NCBI GenBank assembly: GCA_035279665.1
Contig: DATEHI010000152.1
Location: 69,835 to 133,834, forward strand
DNA length: 64,000 nucleotides
Source: Candidatus Dormiibacterota bacterium
GTDB lineage: Bacteria; Chloroflexota; Dormibacteria; CF-121
Direction of reading: 5' to 3'
This document shows, one piece after another, positions 18,839 to 28,122 of this stretch (the first letter of the stretch is position 1; each line of letters begins with the position of its first letter). Below the pieces are notes generated by a model that was not told the DNA's origin, did not search any database, and worked only from the letters and a program-made list of their open reading frames with translations. The translations under genes and the position numbers were made by a program.

Positions 18839-19930
18839 ATGCCCCGGTTCTGGCGACGGCGACCCACAAGCGGCGAGCACTCCCCAAGGCCTGTTCCCGT
18901 CACGCCGACCGATAGCGCCCCGGGGCGCCCAATGCTGACCGAAATCGTCGACCATGTTGAGGAGGCCCTTCTTCTGCTGAGCGGGACTCAGGTCCGCTGG
19001 CTCAATCCAGCGGCGCGGATGATGTTCGCCGCCCATGAGCACCCGGTCGGCCGTCCGCTGGTGGAGGTTGTCCGAGACCATCGAATCGACGCGCTGGCAC
19101 TTCGAGCCCACGAGTCGGGACTTGAACAGGCGGCCGAGGTTGAGCTGCCGGCGTCGGGCCGGATGTTGCAGGTCCGCGCGGTTCCCCTTGCGGACGGAGA
19201 CATCGGCCTCCTTGCGCGGGATATCACACGACTCCGATACCTGGAGACGGTTCGGCAGCAGTTCGTGGCGAATCTCTCACACGAGATCAGGACGCCCCTT
19301 GCCGGCCTCGACCTCGCGGCCCAAACGCTCTCCGCCCAGCTGCCCGCGGAGGGAGACACCCGGCTCTTTATCGACCGCATCAGCCAGGAGGCGCAGCGCC
19401 TTGCCGACATCCTTTTCAACTTGAATCAGCTCGCCGCACTCGACGCGGAGGAGATCTCCGTGGAACAAACCCCGTTCGCGGTGGATGCCCTGCTCAGATC
19501 GCTCATTGATCGATACCAGGCAAGGGCATCGGCTGGCGGCCTGGTTCTGCGTGTCGAGACCTCGGCCGATAGTCTCACGGCGCTCGGCGACCGGGCGAAG
19601 GTGGACCAGGCGCTACAAAATATCGTCGACAATGCGCTCAAGTTCACCCGCGCGGGAGAGGTGGTCCTGACGGCCGGCTTAGCGCACGACCGGGTGGAGA
19701 TCGCCATACGGGACACCGGCCCCGGGATTCCTCCTCGCGATCTTTCCCGCATCTTCGAGCGCTTCTACAAAGTCGACCGTTCGAGAGGCGGCCTGCCGGG
19801 CAGCGGCCTGGGCCTGTCGATTGCCCGTCATCTGGTTGAGCTCCAGGGGGGCACGATCGTGGCTGAGAGCAACCCTGGCGCCGGAACGGAGGTTCGGGTG
19901 CGCCTTCCTCGAGCGTTAATCTCGCCTTAA
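18839..19930 (+). CDS. phoR: PAS-containing sensor histidine kinase, PhoR/SenX3-like, no transmembrane segment
   Basis: H-box FVANLSHEIRTPLAGL, N/G boxes (DNALKFT, DTGPGI, GSGLGLSI), PAS-like N-terminus. Alternative start at Met 18932. Confidence 0.75.
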   Translation: MPRFWRRRPTSGEHSPRPVPVTPTDSAPGRPMLTEIVDHVEEALLLLSGTQVRWLNPAARMMFAAHEHPVGRPLVEVVRDHRIDALALRAHESGLEQAAEVELPASGRMLQVRAVPLADGDIGLLARDITRLRYLETVRQQFVANLSHEIRTPLAGLDLAAQTLSAQLPAEGDTRLFIDRISQEAQRLADILFNLNQLAALDAEEISVEQTPFAVDALLRSLIDRYQARASAGGLVLRVETSADSLTALGDRAKVDQALQNIVDNALKFTRAGEVVLTAGLAHDRVEIAIRDTGPGIPPRDLSRIFERFYKVDRSRGGLPGSGLGLSIARHLVELQGGTIVAESNPGAGTEVRVRLPRALISP

Positions 19931-19932
19931 CC
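19915..19932 (+). promoter_or_regulatory. candidate Pho box upstream of pstS
   Basis: GTTAATC (19915-19921) and CTTAACC (19926-19932) at 11-bp spacing, about 95-110 bp upstream of the pstS ATG. Overlaps the phoR stop. Confidence 0.4.
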
Positions 19933-20025
19933 ATCGGCGCTCCCGCCCATAAAGAGCGAGGGCTAGCCTCGTTGATGAGTCCAACGGGTCATGTGACCTG
20001 CTCGTCAAGGAGGAAAAACACAAAG

Positions 20026-21135
20026 ATGAGACGCGCTCCACTCGGTGCTGTAGCGGGCGCCCTCCTATTGTTTGCCGCATGCGGAGGTACCCCCACCGGC
20101 ACCAATCCGTCGACTGGCGGGGCCGGAATGCCGACGCCGCCCGCCGCCCAGTTGACGGGTGCCGGCGCCACGTTCCCGCAGCCGTTCTACGATGCGGCTC
20201 GCTTTGCCTACAACAAGAAGTTCAGCCAGGTCACGGTCAACTACGGTGGCGGCGGTTCGGGCGCCGGCATCTCGCAGCTGACGAAGAAGGTTGTGGACTT
20301 CGGTGCCAGCGACGTCCCGCTGAAAGCGTCGGAGGCGGCGGCCATGGGCGGCAGCGATAAGGTTGTCCAGATCGCCAGCACGCTCGGAACGGAATCGCTC
20401 GCATACAATCTGGATGGCGTCGCGGACGGCCAGCTCAAGCTCACGCCCGACACCATTGCCGGGATCTTCCTGGGCAAGATCACGAAATGGAATGACCCGG
20501 CGCTCGCGGCCGACAACAGCGGCGTCAGTCTGCCGAACCAGGACATCCGCGTCGTCCATCGGTCCGATGGCAGCGGCACGACCTACATCTTCACCGACTA
20601 CCTCTCCAATGTCAGCGCGGATTGGAAGGCCAAGACGGGCGGTCCCGGGAAATCCATCAGCTGGCCCGTCGGCGACGGCGCGCAGGGGAACGCGGGCGTC
20701 GCTACCAGGATCACGCAGACTCCCGGCGCCATCGGCTACGTCGAGCTCGCCTACGTCCTGCAGACCAAGATGAAGCAAGCGGCCCTGAAGAACCGGGATG
20801 GGAACTTCGTCATCCCGAGCGCCGCCGGCGCGACTGCCGCGGCCAAGGCATTTGCCGGATCGACGCCGACCAATTTTTCCATCGTCAACGCCGCCGGCAA
20901 AGACAGCGCCCCGATCAGCGGCTACAGCTGGATCATCGTCTATAAAGACCAGGCGGACAAGACCAAGGGCACGGCCCTGGTGGACTTCCTCTACTGGCTG
21001 GTCACACCCGAGGGCCAGCAGTACGCCGTCAATCTGCACTACGCCGCCCTGCCCAGCGATATGGTGTCGTTCGATACTTCGGCGCTGAAGACCGTCACGT
21101 CGGGAGGAAGCGCCCTCCTCAGCGTTTCTTCCTAA
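20026..21135 (+). CDS. pstS: phosphate ABC transporter substrate-binding lipoprotein PstS
   Basis: AAGGAGG RBS, lipobox LLLFAAC, GAGATFPQPFY and GGGSGAGI motifs. Confidence 0.9.
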   Translation: MRRAPLGAVAGALLLFAACGGTPTGTNPSTGGAGMPTPPAAQLTGAGATFPQPFYDAARFAYNKKFSQVTVNYGGGGSGAGISQLTKKVVDFGASDVPLKASEAAAMGGSDKVVQIASTLGTESLAYNLDGVADGQLKLTPDTIAGIFLGKITKWNDPALAADNSGVSLPNQDIRVVHRSDGSGTTYIFTDYLSNVSADWKAKTGGPGKSISWPVGDGAQGNAGVATRITQTPGAIGYVELAYVLQTKMKQAALKNRDGNFVIPSAAGATAAAKAFAGSTPTNFSIVNAAGKDSAPISGYSWIIVYKDQADKTKGTALVDFLYWLVTPEGQQYAVNLHYAALPSDMVSFDTSALKTVTSGGSALLSVSS

Positions 21136-21142
21136 CGACCGA

Positions 21143-22126
21143 ATGAGCACGGGGACCGCCGAGCGGGTCGCCCCACCGCCGCTGGTCGGCACGAGCCGCC
21201 GGCGGCGGTTCATTTCCGGCGACCGCGTCTTCGAGGTGATTGCCTACGGCGCGGCTGGCCTCATCCTGCTCATCGCCGTCGTTTTCGTCATTTCCCTCTT
21301 CATCCCCGCTCTCCCGGCCATCACCAAATTCGGGCTCGCCTTCTTTATCAGCCGAACCTGGGATCCGGTGCGAACCCAGTTCGGCGCCCTGCCCGCGATC
21401 TATGGCACGCTGGTCACCTCGGCGATCGCGTTGGTGATCGCCTTCCCGATCGGTCTGGGCGCCGCGCTCTTTCTGGCCGAGGACGCCCGTCTGCGCTTCC
21501 TCCGCGGCCCGCTGTCCTTCGCGATCGAGCTGCTGGCGGGCATCCCCAGCGTTGTCATCGGCTTGTGGGCGTTCTTCGTTCTCACGCCGTTGATGCGTGA
21601 CAACGTGGATCCATTTCTCAACCACACGCTCGGCTTTCTCCCGTTTTTCCAGGGTACTGCCAGCGGCTACGGGTTCCTCACGGCCGGCGTTGTGCTCGCC
21701 ATCATGGTGCTCCCGATCATGATCGCGCTCTCCCGCGACGTCATCCGGGCCGTCCCGCGGGGGCTCCGGGAGGCCAGCCTGGCCCTGGGCGCGACCAACG
21801 CCGAAACGATCTGGGCGGTGATCCTGCCGTACGCGCGGGTGGGGATCACCGGGGCGGTCCTACTGTCCCTGGGTCGTGCCCTCGGTGAAACCATCGCGGT
21901 CACCATGGTGATCGGCAACCGGCCCCAGATCAGTACCTCCCTGTTCGCCTCGGGGTACACCCTGCCGAGCGTAATTGCCAACGAATTCACGGAAGCGGTT
22001 GGCGATGTGTATCTCGGGTCACTCTTTTATCTCGGCGTAGTCCTGGTCCTGATCACGATCGCCGTCAACGTGGTGGCCCGATTGTTGGTCTGGCGGTTCG
22101 CCGGGTCGGAGACCACCGCGCCATGA
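21143..22126 (+). CDS. pstC: phosphate ABC transporter permease PstC
   Basis: Six-TM permease with the EAA-type loop LREASLALGAT. Positioned after pstS. Confidence 0.9.
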   Translation: MSTGTAERVAPPPLVGTSRRRRFISGDRVFEVIAYGAAGLILLIAVVFVISLFIPALPAITKFGLAFFISRTWDPVRTQFGALPAIYGTLVTSAIALVIAFPIGLGAALFLAEDARLRFLRGPLSFAIELLAGIPSVVIGLWAFFVLTPLMRDNVDPFLNHTLGFLPFFQGTASGYGFLTAGVVLAIMVLPIMIALSRDVIRAVPRGLREASLALGATNAETIWAVILPYARVGITGAVLLSLGRALGETIAVTMVIGNRPQISTSLFASGYTLPSVIANEFTEAVGDVYLGSLFYLGVVLVLITIAVNVVARLLVWRFAGSETTAP

Positions 22127-22962
22127 GCCATCCGTTGATCCGTACCCTGGTCGATCGGCTTGTCGGCGGACTCGTGGTGCTATGCGTCAGCGTAGCCGCC
22201 ATCCCAGCCCTGGTCCTGTTTCTTTTCGTCCTGATCAACGGTCTACCGGGGCTGCTGACACCCGGCTTCTTCACCGATCCGCCCTACCCGCAGGGCGTTC
22301 CTGGTGGCGGGGTCGCCAATGCCATCATCGGCACCCTCGAGATCGTCGGGATCGGCTCGCTGCTGGCAGTCCCCGTCGGCGCCCTGATCGGTATCTTCCT
22401 CTCCGAGTACGGGCGCAACCGCGCCGGGAATACCGTCCGTTTCATCAGCGACGTCTTCACCGGGCTGCCGTCGATTGCCTTCGGGATCTTCGGCTACACG
22501 GTCGTCGTGCTGACCACCCATCATTTTTCGGCGCTGTCGGCGTCGATCGCGCTGGCGGTGCTCATGTTGCCGGTGATCCTTCGGGCCACGGAGACTGCCC
22601 TTGTGCTCGTCCCTAATTCCCTCCGCGAGGCGGGCCTGGCTCTCGGAGCGCCCCGCTGGCGGGTGACCCTCGAGATCGTCGTGCCGGCAGCCCTTGGTGG
22701 GATCGTCACCGGAGCCCTGCTGGCGATGGCGCGCGCCGCCGGAGAGACCGCGCCACTCCTCTTCACGGCGTTCGGCAACGACATCATCCAGACGAACCCC
22801 CTGCAGCCGATGGGCGCGCTGTCGCTCACCATCTTCAGGAATGCGCTCGTCCCCTACCCCAACCTGCAGCAGCAGGCCTGGGGTGCCGCGCTGCTTCTCG
22901 TCGCTCTCGTCGCCGCCACCAACATCCTGGCCCGGATCTACGTCCGCCGGATTCAGCGCTGA
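22123..22962 (+). CDS. pstA: phosphate ABC transporter permease PstA
   Basis: ATGA overlap with pstC. LREAGLALGAPRW loop. Confidence 0.9.
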   Translation: MSHPLIRTLVDRLVGGLVVLCVSVAAIPALVLFLFVLINGLPGLLTPGFFTDPPYPQGVPGGGVANAIIGTLEIVGIGSLLAVPVGALIGIFLSEYGRNRAGNTVRFISDVFTGLPSIAFGIFGYTVVVLTTHHFSALSASIALAVLMLPVILRATETALVLVPNSLREAGLALGAPRWRVTLEIVVPAALGGIVTGALLAMARAAGETAPLLFTAFGNDIIQTNPLQPMGALSLTIFRNALVPYPNLQQQAWGAALLLVALVAATNILARIYVRRIQR

Positions 22963-22980
22963 GGCCCGCCAGTTGGGAGA

Positions 22981-23808
22981 ATGATCGCAGCCGCAACCAT
23001 GCAAACTGAAGTCGCGCCGCCCCCTGTGCAGGATAGCGACGCCGAGATCAAGCTCGACGCCCGCCACGTCAACTTCTGGTATGGCGATTTCCAGGCGCTC
23101 GATCAGGCGTCGCTGGCGGTCCAGGCGCGCAAGATCACGGCGCTGATCGGCCCCTCCGGTTGCGGCAAGACGACCTTCCTGCGCGTCTTCAACCGCATGC
23201 ATGACCTGGTCCCCGGCGCCCGGGCCACCGGAGAGGTACTTCTTGATGGCCACAACGTGCTCTCGCCGGAGACCGACGTCATCAACCTGCGTCGCCAGGT
23301 GGGCATGCTCTTCCAGCGTGCGAACCCCTTCCCGAAGTCGATCTACGACAACGTCGCCTACGGCCCACACATCCTCGGCTGGTCGAAACAGCAGACCAAC
23401 CAGATCGTCGAGGAGAGCTTGAAGGACACCGGGCTGTGGGACGAGGTCAAGGACCGGCTACGCCGGTCCGCCCTCAACCTCTCGGGCGGCCAGCAACAGC
23501 GGCTTTGCCTGGCGCGCGCGCTGGCGGTCAAGCCCGAGGTGATCCTGATGGACGAGCCCGCCTCGGCGCTGGATCCGATCGCGACACTTCGTATCGAAGA
23601 ACTCATGCAAGAACTCAAGAAGCGGTATACGATCGTGATCGTGACGCACAACATGCAGCAGGCTTCTCGCGTCTCCGATTTCACGGCGTTCATGCTGATG
23701 AACCCGAAACGGGCGGGAGAGGTGATCGAGTTCGGGCCGACTGACGATATCTTCAACCGCCCCAAGGACGGCCGCACCGAGGATTACATTACCGGCCGCT
23801 TCGGGTAA
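22981..23808 (+). CDS. pstB: phosphate ABC transporter ATP-binding protein PstB
   Basis: [28 protein letters not shown]-terminal [10 protein letters not shown]. Confidence 0.95.
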   Translation: MIAAATMQTEVAPPPVQDSDAEIKLDARHVNFWYGDFQALDQASLAVQARKITALIGPSGCGKTTFLRVFNRMHDLVPGARATGEVLLDGHNVLSPETDVINLRRQVGMLFQRANPFPKSIYDNVAYGPHILGWSKQQTNQIVEESLKDTGLWDEVKDRLRRSALNLSGGQQQRLCLARALAVKPEVILMDEPASALDPIATLRIEELMQELKKRYTIVIVTHNMQQASRVSDFTAFMLMNPKRAGEVIEFGPTDDIFNRPKDGRTEDYITGRFG

Positions 23809-23819
23809 GGACCAGCATC

Positions 23820-24479
23820 GTGGCCACCACCCGGACTCTTTTCGATCACGAGCTTGCCGAGCTGAAGTCGGGCGTCGTCCGCATGGGCAGCATGGTCGAG
23901 CAGGCGATCGCTGAGTCGATGCGCGCCCTGGTCGATCGCAACAATGCGCTCGCCCGCGAGGTGATCGCCCGCGACCAGGAGGTCAACGAGCTCCATCGGC
24001 AACTGCGGGAGCGGGCCTTCATGATCATGGCCACCCAGCAGCCGGTGGCCCGCGACCTGCGCCTGATCGTCAGCTTTCAGCACATGGTGCTCGAGCTGGA
24101 GCGGATGGGTGACCATGCCGTCGGCATCGCACGAGCGGCTCTCCGCCTCAACGACATGCCGCAGCTCAAGCCCTACATCGACCTGCCGAAGATGGCCGAG
24201 CTCACGGAGTCGCAGGTGCACGACATCCTGGGCGCCGTCATCGAGGCCGACCAGGATCGGGCACGCCTCATCGCCGAGCGCGACGACGAGGTCGACGCGC
24301 TCTATCACAAGATCTGGGACGAGTTGGTCGGCTTCATGGTCGAGGATCCGGCCAACGTGCAACGCGCGGCCATCTTGCTCTTCCTCGCGAAGGACTTGGA
24401 GCGGATCGCCGACCGGGTGACCAACATCGCCGAAGACGTCGTCTTCCTGCACACGGGACGGATCGTGGAGCTCAGCTGA
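23820..24479 (+). CDS. phoU: phosphate signalling complex protein PhoU
   Basis: GTG start. Two PhoU repeats (ERMGDHAVGIA and LERIADRVTNIAE). Confidence 0.9.
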   Translation: MATTRTLFDHELAELKSGVVRMGSMVEQAIAESMRALVDRNNALAREVIARDQEVNELHRQLRERAFMIMATQQPVARDLRLIVSFQHMVLELERMGDHAVGIARAALRLNDMPQLKPYIDLPKMAELTESQVHDILGAVIEADQDRARLIAERDDEVDALYHKIWDELVGFMVEDPANVQRAAILLFLAKDLERIADRVTNIAEDVVFLHTGRIVELS

Positions 24480-24481
24480 GC

Positions 24482-25222
24482 ATGCCCAAGCGCATCCTTG
24501 TCGTCGAGGATGACGCGACCATCCGGGACACGCTGACCTTCAACCTCAAGAAAGAGGGCTACGCTGTGACCGTCGCGCAGGACGGCGCGGACGGGGTGGC
24601 CAAGGCCCGTAGCTCGCGCCCGGACCTCATCCTGCTGGACCTGATGCTGCCCGAGCTGAACGGGCTCGAAGTGTGCCGCATCCTCCGTCAGGAGGGCAAT
24701 GTACCGATCATCATGCTGACCGCCAAGGAGAGCGAAGTCGACAAGGTGATCGGGTTGCAGCTGGGCGCCGACGACTACATCACGAAGCCGTTCTCGCTAC
24801 GTGAGCTGTTTGCCCGGATGACCGCGGTGCTGCGCCGCAGCGAGCAGCGCGACGTTCGTCCCGAGGTCGAGGAGGACCGGCTCGGCCGGCTGCGCATCGA
24901 CCGGGCAGGACGGCGGGCAATGGTCGACGACAACGAGCTGAAGCTGACGCCCAAGGAGTGGGAATTGCTCGCCTACCTGGTGCGCCGCCCGGGCCGCGTC
25001 TTTACGCGTGAAATCCTGCTCGAGCAGGTCTGGGGCTACAACTACCTCGGCGACCGCAAGACGGTCGACGTCCATATCCGCTGGCTGCGGGAGAAGCTAG
25101 GGCGTTTCGGGAAGCTGGGTTTCGAGATCGTCACCGTGCGCGGCGCCGGCTACCGGCTCGATCCCGTGCGCGAGCCGGCCAGCGAGGGTGAGCGCGCGAC
25201 AGGAGCCGGCAGCCCCGCCTGA
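24482..25222 (+). CDS. OmpR-family response regulator (PhoB/PhoP/RegX3-type)
   Basis: Receiver domain (ILVVEDD...DLILLDLMLP...LTAK) plus winged helix (LTPKEWELLAYL...VDVHIRWLREKL). Confidence 0.85.
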   Translation: MPKRILVVEDDATIRDTLTFNLKKEGYAVTVAQDGADGVAKARSSRPDLILLDLMLPELNGLEVCRILRQEGNVPIIMLTAKESEVDKVIGLQLGADDYITKPFSLRELFARMTAVLRRSEQRDVRPEVEEDRLGRLRIDRAGRRAMVDDNELKLTPKEWELLAYLVRRPGRVFTREILLEQVWGYNYLGDRKTVDVHIRWLREKLGRFGKLGFEIVTVRGAGYRLDPVREPASEGERATGAGSPA

Positions 25223-25313
25223 ATCGCCGGGGAGGGAACCAGGCCGCCACCGGCGCGGTATTGAGGGTGCACGGACGGCACCCCCTCATGGCCGCCGTCA
25301 AAGGAGGCGCCTC

Positions 25314-25841
25314 ATGCGACGTCCGCTCATCGCCCTGGCTCTACCGATCATTGCGGGCGTTTTGCTGGTTGTCGGCGCCAGGCCCGCGCTCGCCGGCGGC
25401 GGTTGCCACGGGCCGGATACGCAGGCCGCCGGCACGACCGTCGAGCTCATCGCCATGTGCTTCACCCCGAGCATCCTGTACGTCCAGCCGGGCGATACCG
25501 TCACCTGGCGCAACCAGGACGGCATGCCCCACGTCGTCGCCGGCTCCTTCGGCAGCTGGGGCAGTCCAACCAACCTCGCGGCGGGGGCAACCACAGCCCA
25601 TCGCTTCGCGACGGCGGGAATCTACGCGTACAGCTGCCCTTTGCACTACGGCATGAACGCGGTCGTGATTGTCGGCGATGGCAAGTCGACGGTGCCGCTG
25701 GCACGGAGCCAGCCGGCGGCGGCGATCACAACCGCGCCCGCTCAGCCGGGGACCGATCCCTGGCCCCTGCTGGCGCTGACGGCCGCCGTGCTCGGCGTCG
25801 GCGTGGGCTTTGGTCTCGGGCGACACCGGCGAAGCCAGTAG
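25314..25841 (+). CDS. membrane-anchored cupredoxin (amicyanin/plastocyanin-like blue copper protein)
   Basis: AAGGAGG RBS and signal peptide. Candidate Cu ligands H (GMPHVV) and C-x2-H-x2-M (SCPLHYGM). C-terminal TM helix. Confidence 0.75.
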   Translation: MRRPLIALALPIIAGVLLVVGARPALAGGGCHGPDTQAAGTTVELIAMCFTPSILYVQPGDTVTWRNQDGMPHVVAGSFGSWGSPTNLAAGATTAHRFATAGIYAYSCPLHYGMNAVVIVGDGKSTVPLARSQPAAAITTAPAQPGTDPWPLLALTAAVLGVGVGFGLGRHRRSQ

Positions 25842-25845
25842 CGCT

Positions 25846-26427
25846 TCAGGCTTGCGCGGGCGTGATCCACTTCGGCACGTTGACCGGCTTGTAAGAGGCG
25901 AACCGGTCGAGGAGAGCCTCGGGGTCGTTCGCCGTCAGTACCAGCGCGCGATTTTCCGGCCGGAGGAATCCTGCGGATACGGCGCCGTCGAACAGCGCCA
26001 GCAGCGGGTTGAAGTATTCGTCCACGTCGAGCAATCCGCAGGGCTTGTGGTGTAGCCCAAGCTGTGCCCAGGTAACGACTTCGCAGAATTCCTCGAGCGT
26101 GCCATAGCCACCCGGCAACCCGATAAAACCATCCGCCAGTTCGACCATCAGCGCCTTGCGTTCGTGCATCGACCCCACCACCCGCAGGTCGCTGAGCCCG
26201 GCATGCGCGATCTCGCGCTCGAGGAGCGCCTGCGGGATGACGCCGATGACCTCGCCGTGGTGCTGCAGCATCGCATCGGCGAGCACGCCCATCAGTCCGA
26301 CCCGGGCGCCGCCATAGACGAGGCCGAATCCACGGCGCGCGAGCGCCCGAGCCAGGTCCACGGCCGCCTGGCGGAAGGCGGGTTGATTGCCCACGCTCGA
26401 TCCGCAGAACACCCCGATGCGGCTCAC
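25846..26427 (-). CDS. LOG family protein (TIGR00730 lysine-decarboxylase-like / cytokinin riboside 5'-monophosphate phosphoribohydrolase)
   Basis: YGGARVGLMG and PGGYGTLEE motifs. Confidence 0.85.
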   Translation of the reverse strand: MSRIGVFCGSSVGNQPAFRQAAVDLARALARRGFGLVYGGARVGLMGVLADAMLQHHGEVIGVIPQALLEREIAHAGLSDLRVVGSMHERKALMVELADGFIGLPGGYGTLEEFCEVVTWAQLGLHHKPCGLLDVDEYFNPLLALFDGAVSAGFLRPENRALVLTANDPEALLDRFASYKPVNVPKWITPAQA

Positions 26428-26751
26428 GACGCTATTCTGGTGCCCCGCGCCCTACAACTGATGGATTTGGCCCTCCTCCGAGTGCCGGATGACGTCGCGT
26501 CCCGCCGGCGATATCCTCGTCCTGCAAACCGCTCGGGTTGACCTCTCCGCCGACAACTGCGCGGACGTTCCATCGGGCAGTGTCGAATCCAAGCAGGGGA
26601 CGCAAGCAGCCCGGAGCAAGTACCTGGTCGGCGGATGGTGAAGGTCGTGGCGATAAGTCGAGGAAGCAAAGTCCCCCCTCCACAACCTCGCGCGCTGCCT
26701 CACCACCGCCGGCCGTAACCCGGCCGTGACGCCGCCGCCACCCGGCCGACC

Positions 26752-28122
26752 ATGGCGGCGCGTTATACCCGGATGGGAGCCGGGGCCGTCGACGCCATCA
26801 TTCGCCGGCTGTTCTCGGCGCCAGGCGTCGCCGGACTGGTGGGCCTGCTTGCGCTGCTCCTCGGGCTGCCCTGGCTTATGGGCCACCGTTCTCCTCAGGG
26901 CTTCGAGCTGCCGCTCGCCCTGGCGTCGGTGGCGCTGATGGCGGCGGCGGCCTGGTGCATGAACCGCGTGCGCGCCCGAGGCGCCGCGGCGGCCAACGTC
27001 GAACTAGCCCGCAAGCAGGCGATGTTCCGTGACGAGCTGGAGCAGCGGCTCCAGGTGCAAAGCCACCTCCGCGAGAGCGAGGCTCGCTTGCGGGCCATCA
27101 TCGACAGCGCGCCGATCGTGCTGTTTGCGATCGACCGGGAGGGGGCGATTACCTTTTCGGCCGGCGTTGGTCCTGATCCCCTGGGCAAGAAGCCGGGCGA
27201 GGCGCTGGGCTGGCCGGCGTCCGATCTCTTCAGAGACCACCCGGGGGTGGTCGAGGGCATCCGCCGTGCGCTCTCGGGGATCGATGGACAGGCAGAGCTG
27301 ATCCAGGCCGAACGGTCGTTTTCCGTCAGTCTCGGGCCCTTTCGCGATACCGCCGGAAACACGGCGGGAGCCATCGTGGTCGCCGTCGATGTGACCGAGC
27401 GCCGGCTCATGGAGGAGAGGCTGCGCCAGACCGTCGAGACGCTGAAACAGGTCGACCAGAATCGGCAAGCCCTGCTCCGCCGGCTCGTCGATGCCCAGGA
27501 GAAGGAACGGCGAGCGATCGCACGCGACATCCATGACGACACGATCCAGTCCATGTTTGCCGTCAGCCTCCGCTTGTCGACGCTTCGGAACACGCTGCGC
27601 GATGCCATCCAGGTCGAGCAGCTACACCTTCTGGAGCAGAGCGTCCAGGCGTCCACGGAACGGCTCCGCCACCTGCTCTTCGAGCTGCGGCCGGCGGCGC
27701 TCGATGAAGGGGGGCTTCCCGCAGCGCTGCGCGAGTACCTGGATGTGATGAAAAGCGAGGACGCCATCGACGTCGAGCTGGAGACCACACTGGAGCGCAG
27801 CCCGGCCTCCGAGACCCAGGTGATCGCCTACCGCATCGCCCAGGAAGCGCTGGCCAATGTCCGCAAGCATGCCCGCGCCAGCCGCGTCGCATGTGCAGTG
27901 TCAGCCGTCGACGATGGCATCTTGACCCGGATCGCGGACGACGGCGTGGGCTTCGAAGAGGAGCGCAGCCGCTCGGCAACCGGTCACCTGGGCATGGTCT
28001 CCATGCGCGAGCGTGCTGAGATTGCGGGCGGATGGTTTCGTGTCGCGTCATCCGAGGGCAAGGGCTGCATCGTCGAGTTCTGGATCCCGGACAACAAGGA
28101 TGGTGTGTCGCGTGCAGCCTGA
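26752..28122 (+). CDS. sensor histidine kinase, HisKA_3 (NarX/DesK class) with PAS
   Basis: Two N-terminal TM helices, PAS (RLRAIIDSAPIVLFAIDREG), H-box ERRAIARDIHDDTIQ, HATPase_c. Confidence 0.85.
   Translation: MAARYTRMGAGAVDAIIRRLFSAPGVAGLVGLLALLLGLPWLMGHRSPQGFELPLALASVALMAAAAWCMNRVRARGAAAANVELARKQAMFRDELEQRLQVQSHLRESEARLRAIIDSAPIVLFAIDREGAITFSAGVGPDPLGKKPGEALGWPASDLFRDHPGVVEGIRRALSGIDGQAELIQAERSFSVSLGPFRDTAGNTAGAIVVAVDVTERRLMEERLRQTVETLKQVDQNRQALLRRLVDAQEKERRAIARDIHDDTIQSMFAVSLRLSTLRNTLRDAIQVEQLHLLEQSVQASTERLRHLLFELRPAALDEGGLPAALREYLDVMKSEDAIDVELETTLERSPASETQVIAYRIAQEALANVRKHARASRVACAVSAVDDGILTRIADDGVGFEEERSRSATGHLGMVSMRERAEIAGGWFRVASSEGKGCIVEFWIPDNKDGVSRAA

Noticed and set aside
26428-26751. 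324-bp gap between the LOG gene and the kinase gene as a possible small RNA or riboswitch, including small ORFs 26452..26886 and 26538..26729.
   Set aside because: I could not recognise any conserved RNA family, strong hairpin or credible small protein. I leave it as ordinary divergent promoter DNA unless an Rfam scan says otherwise.
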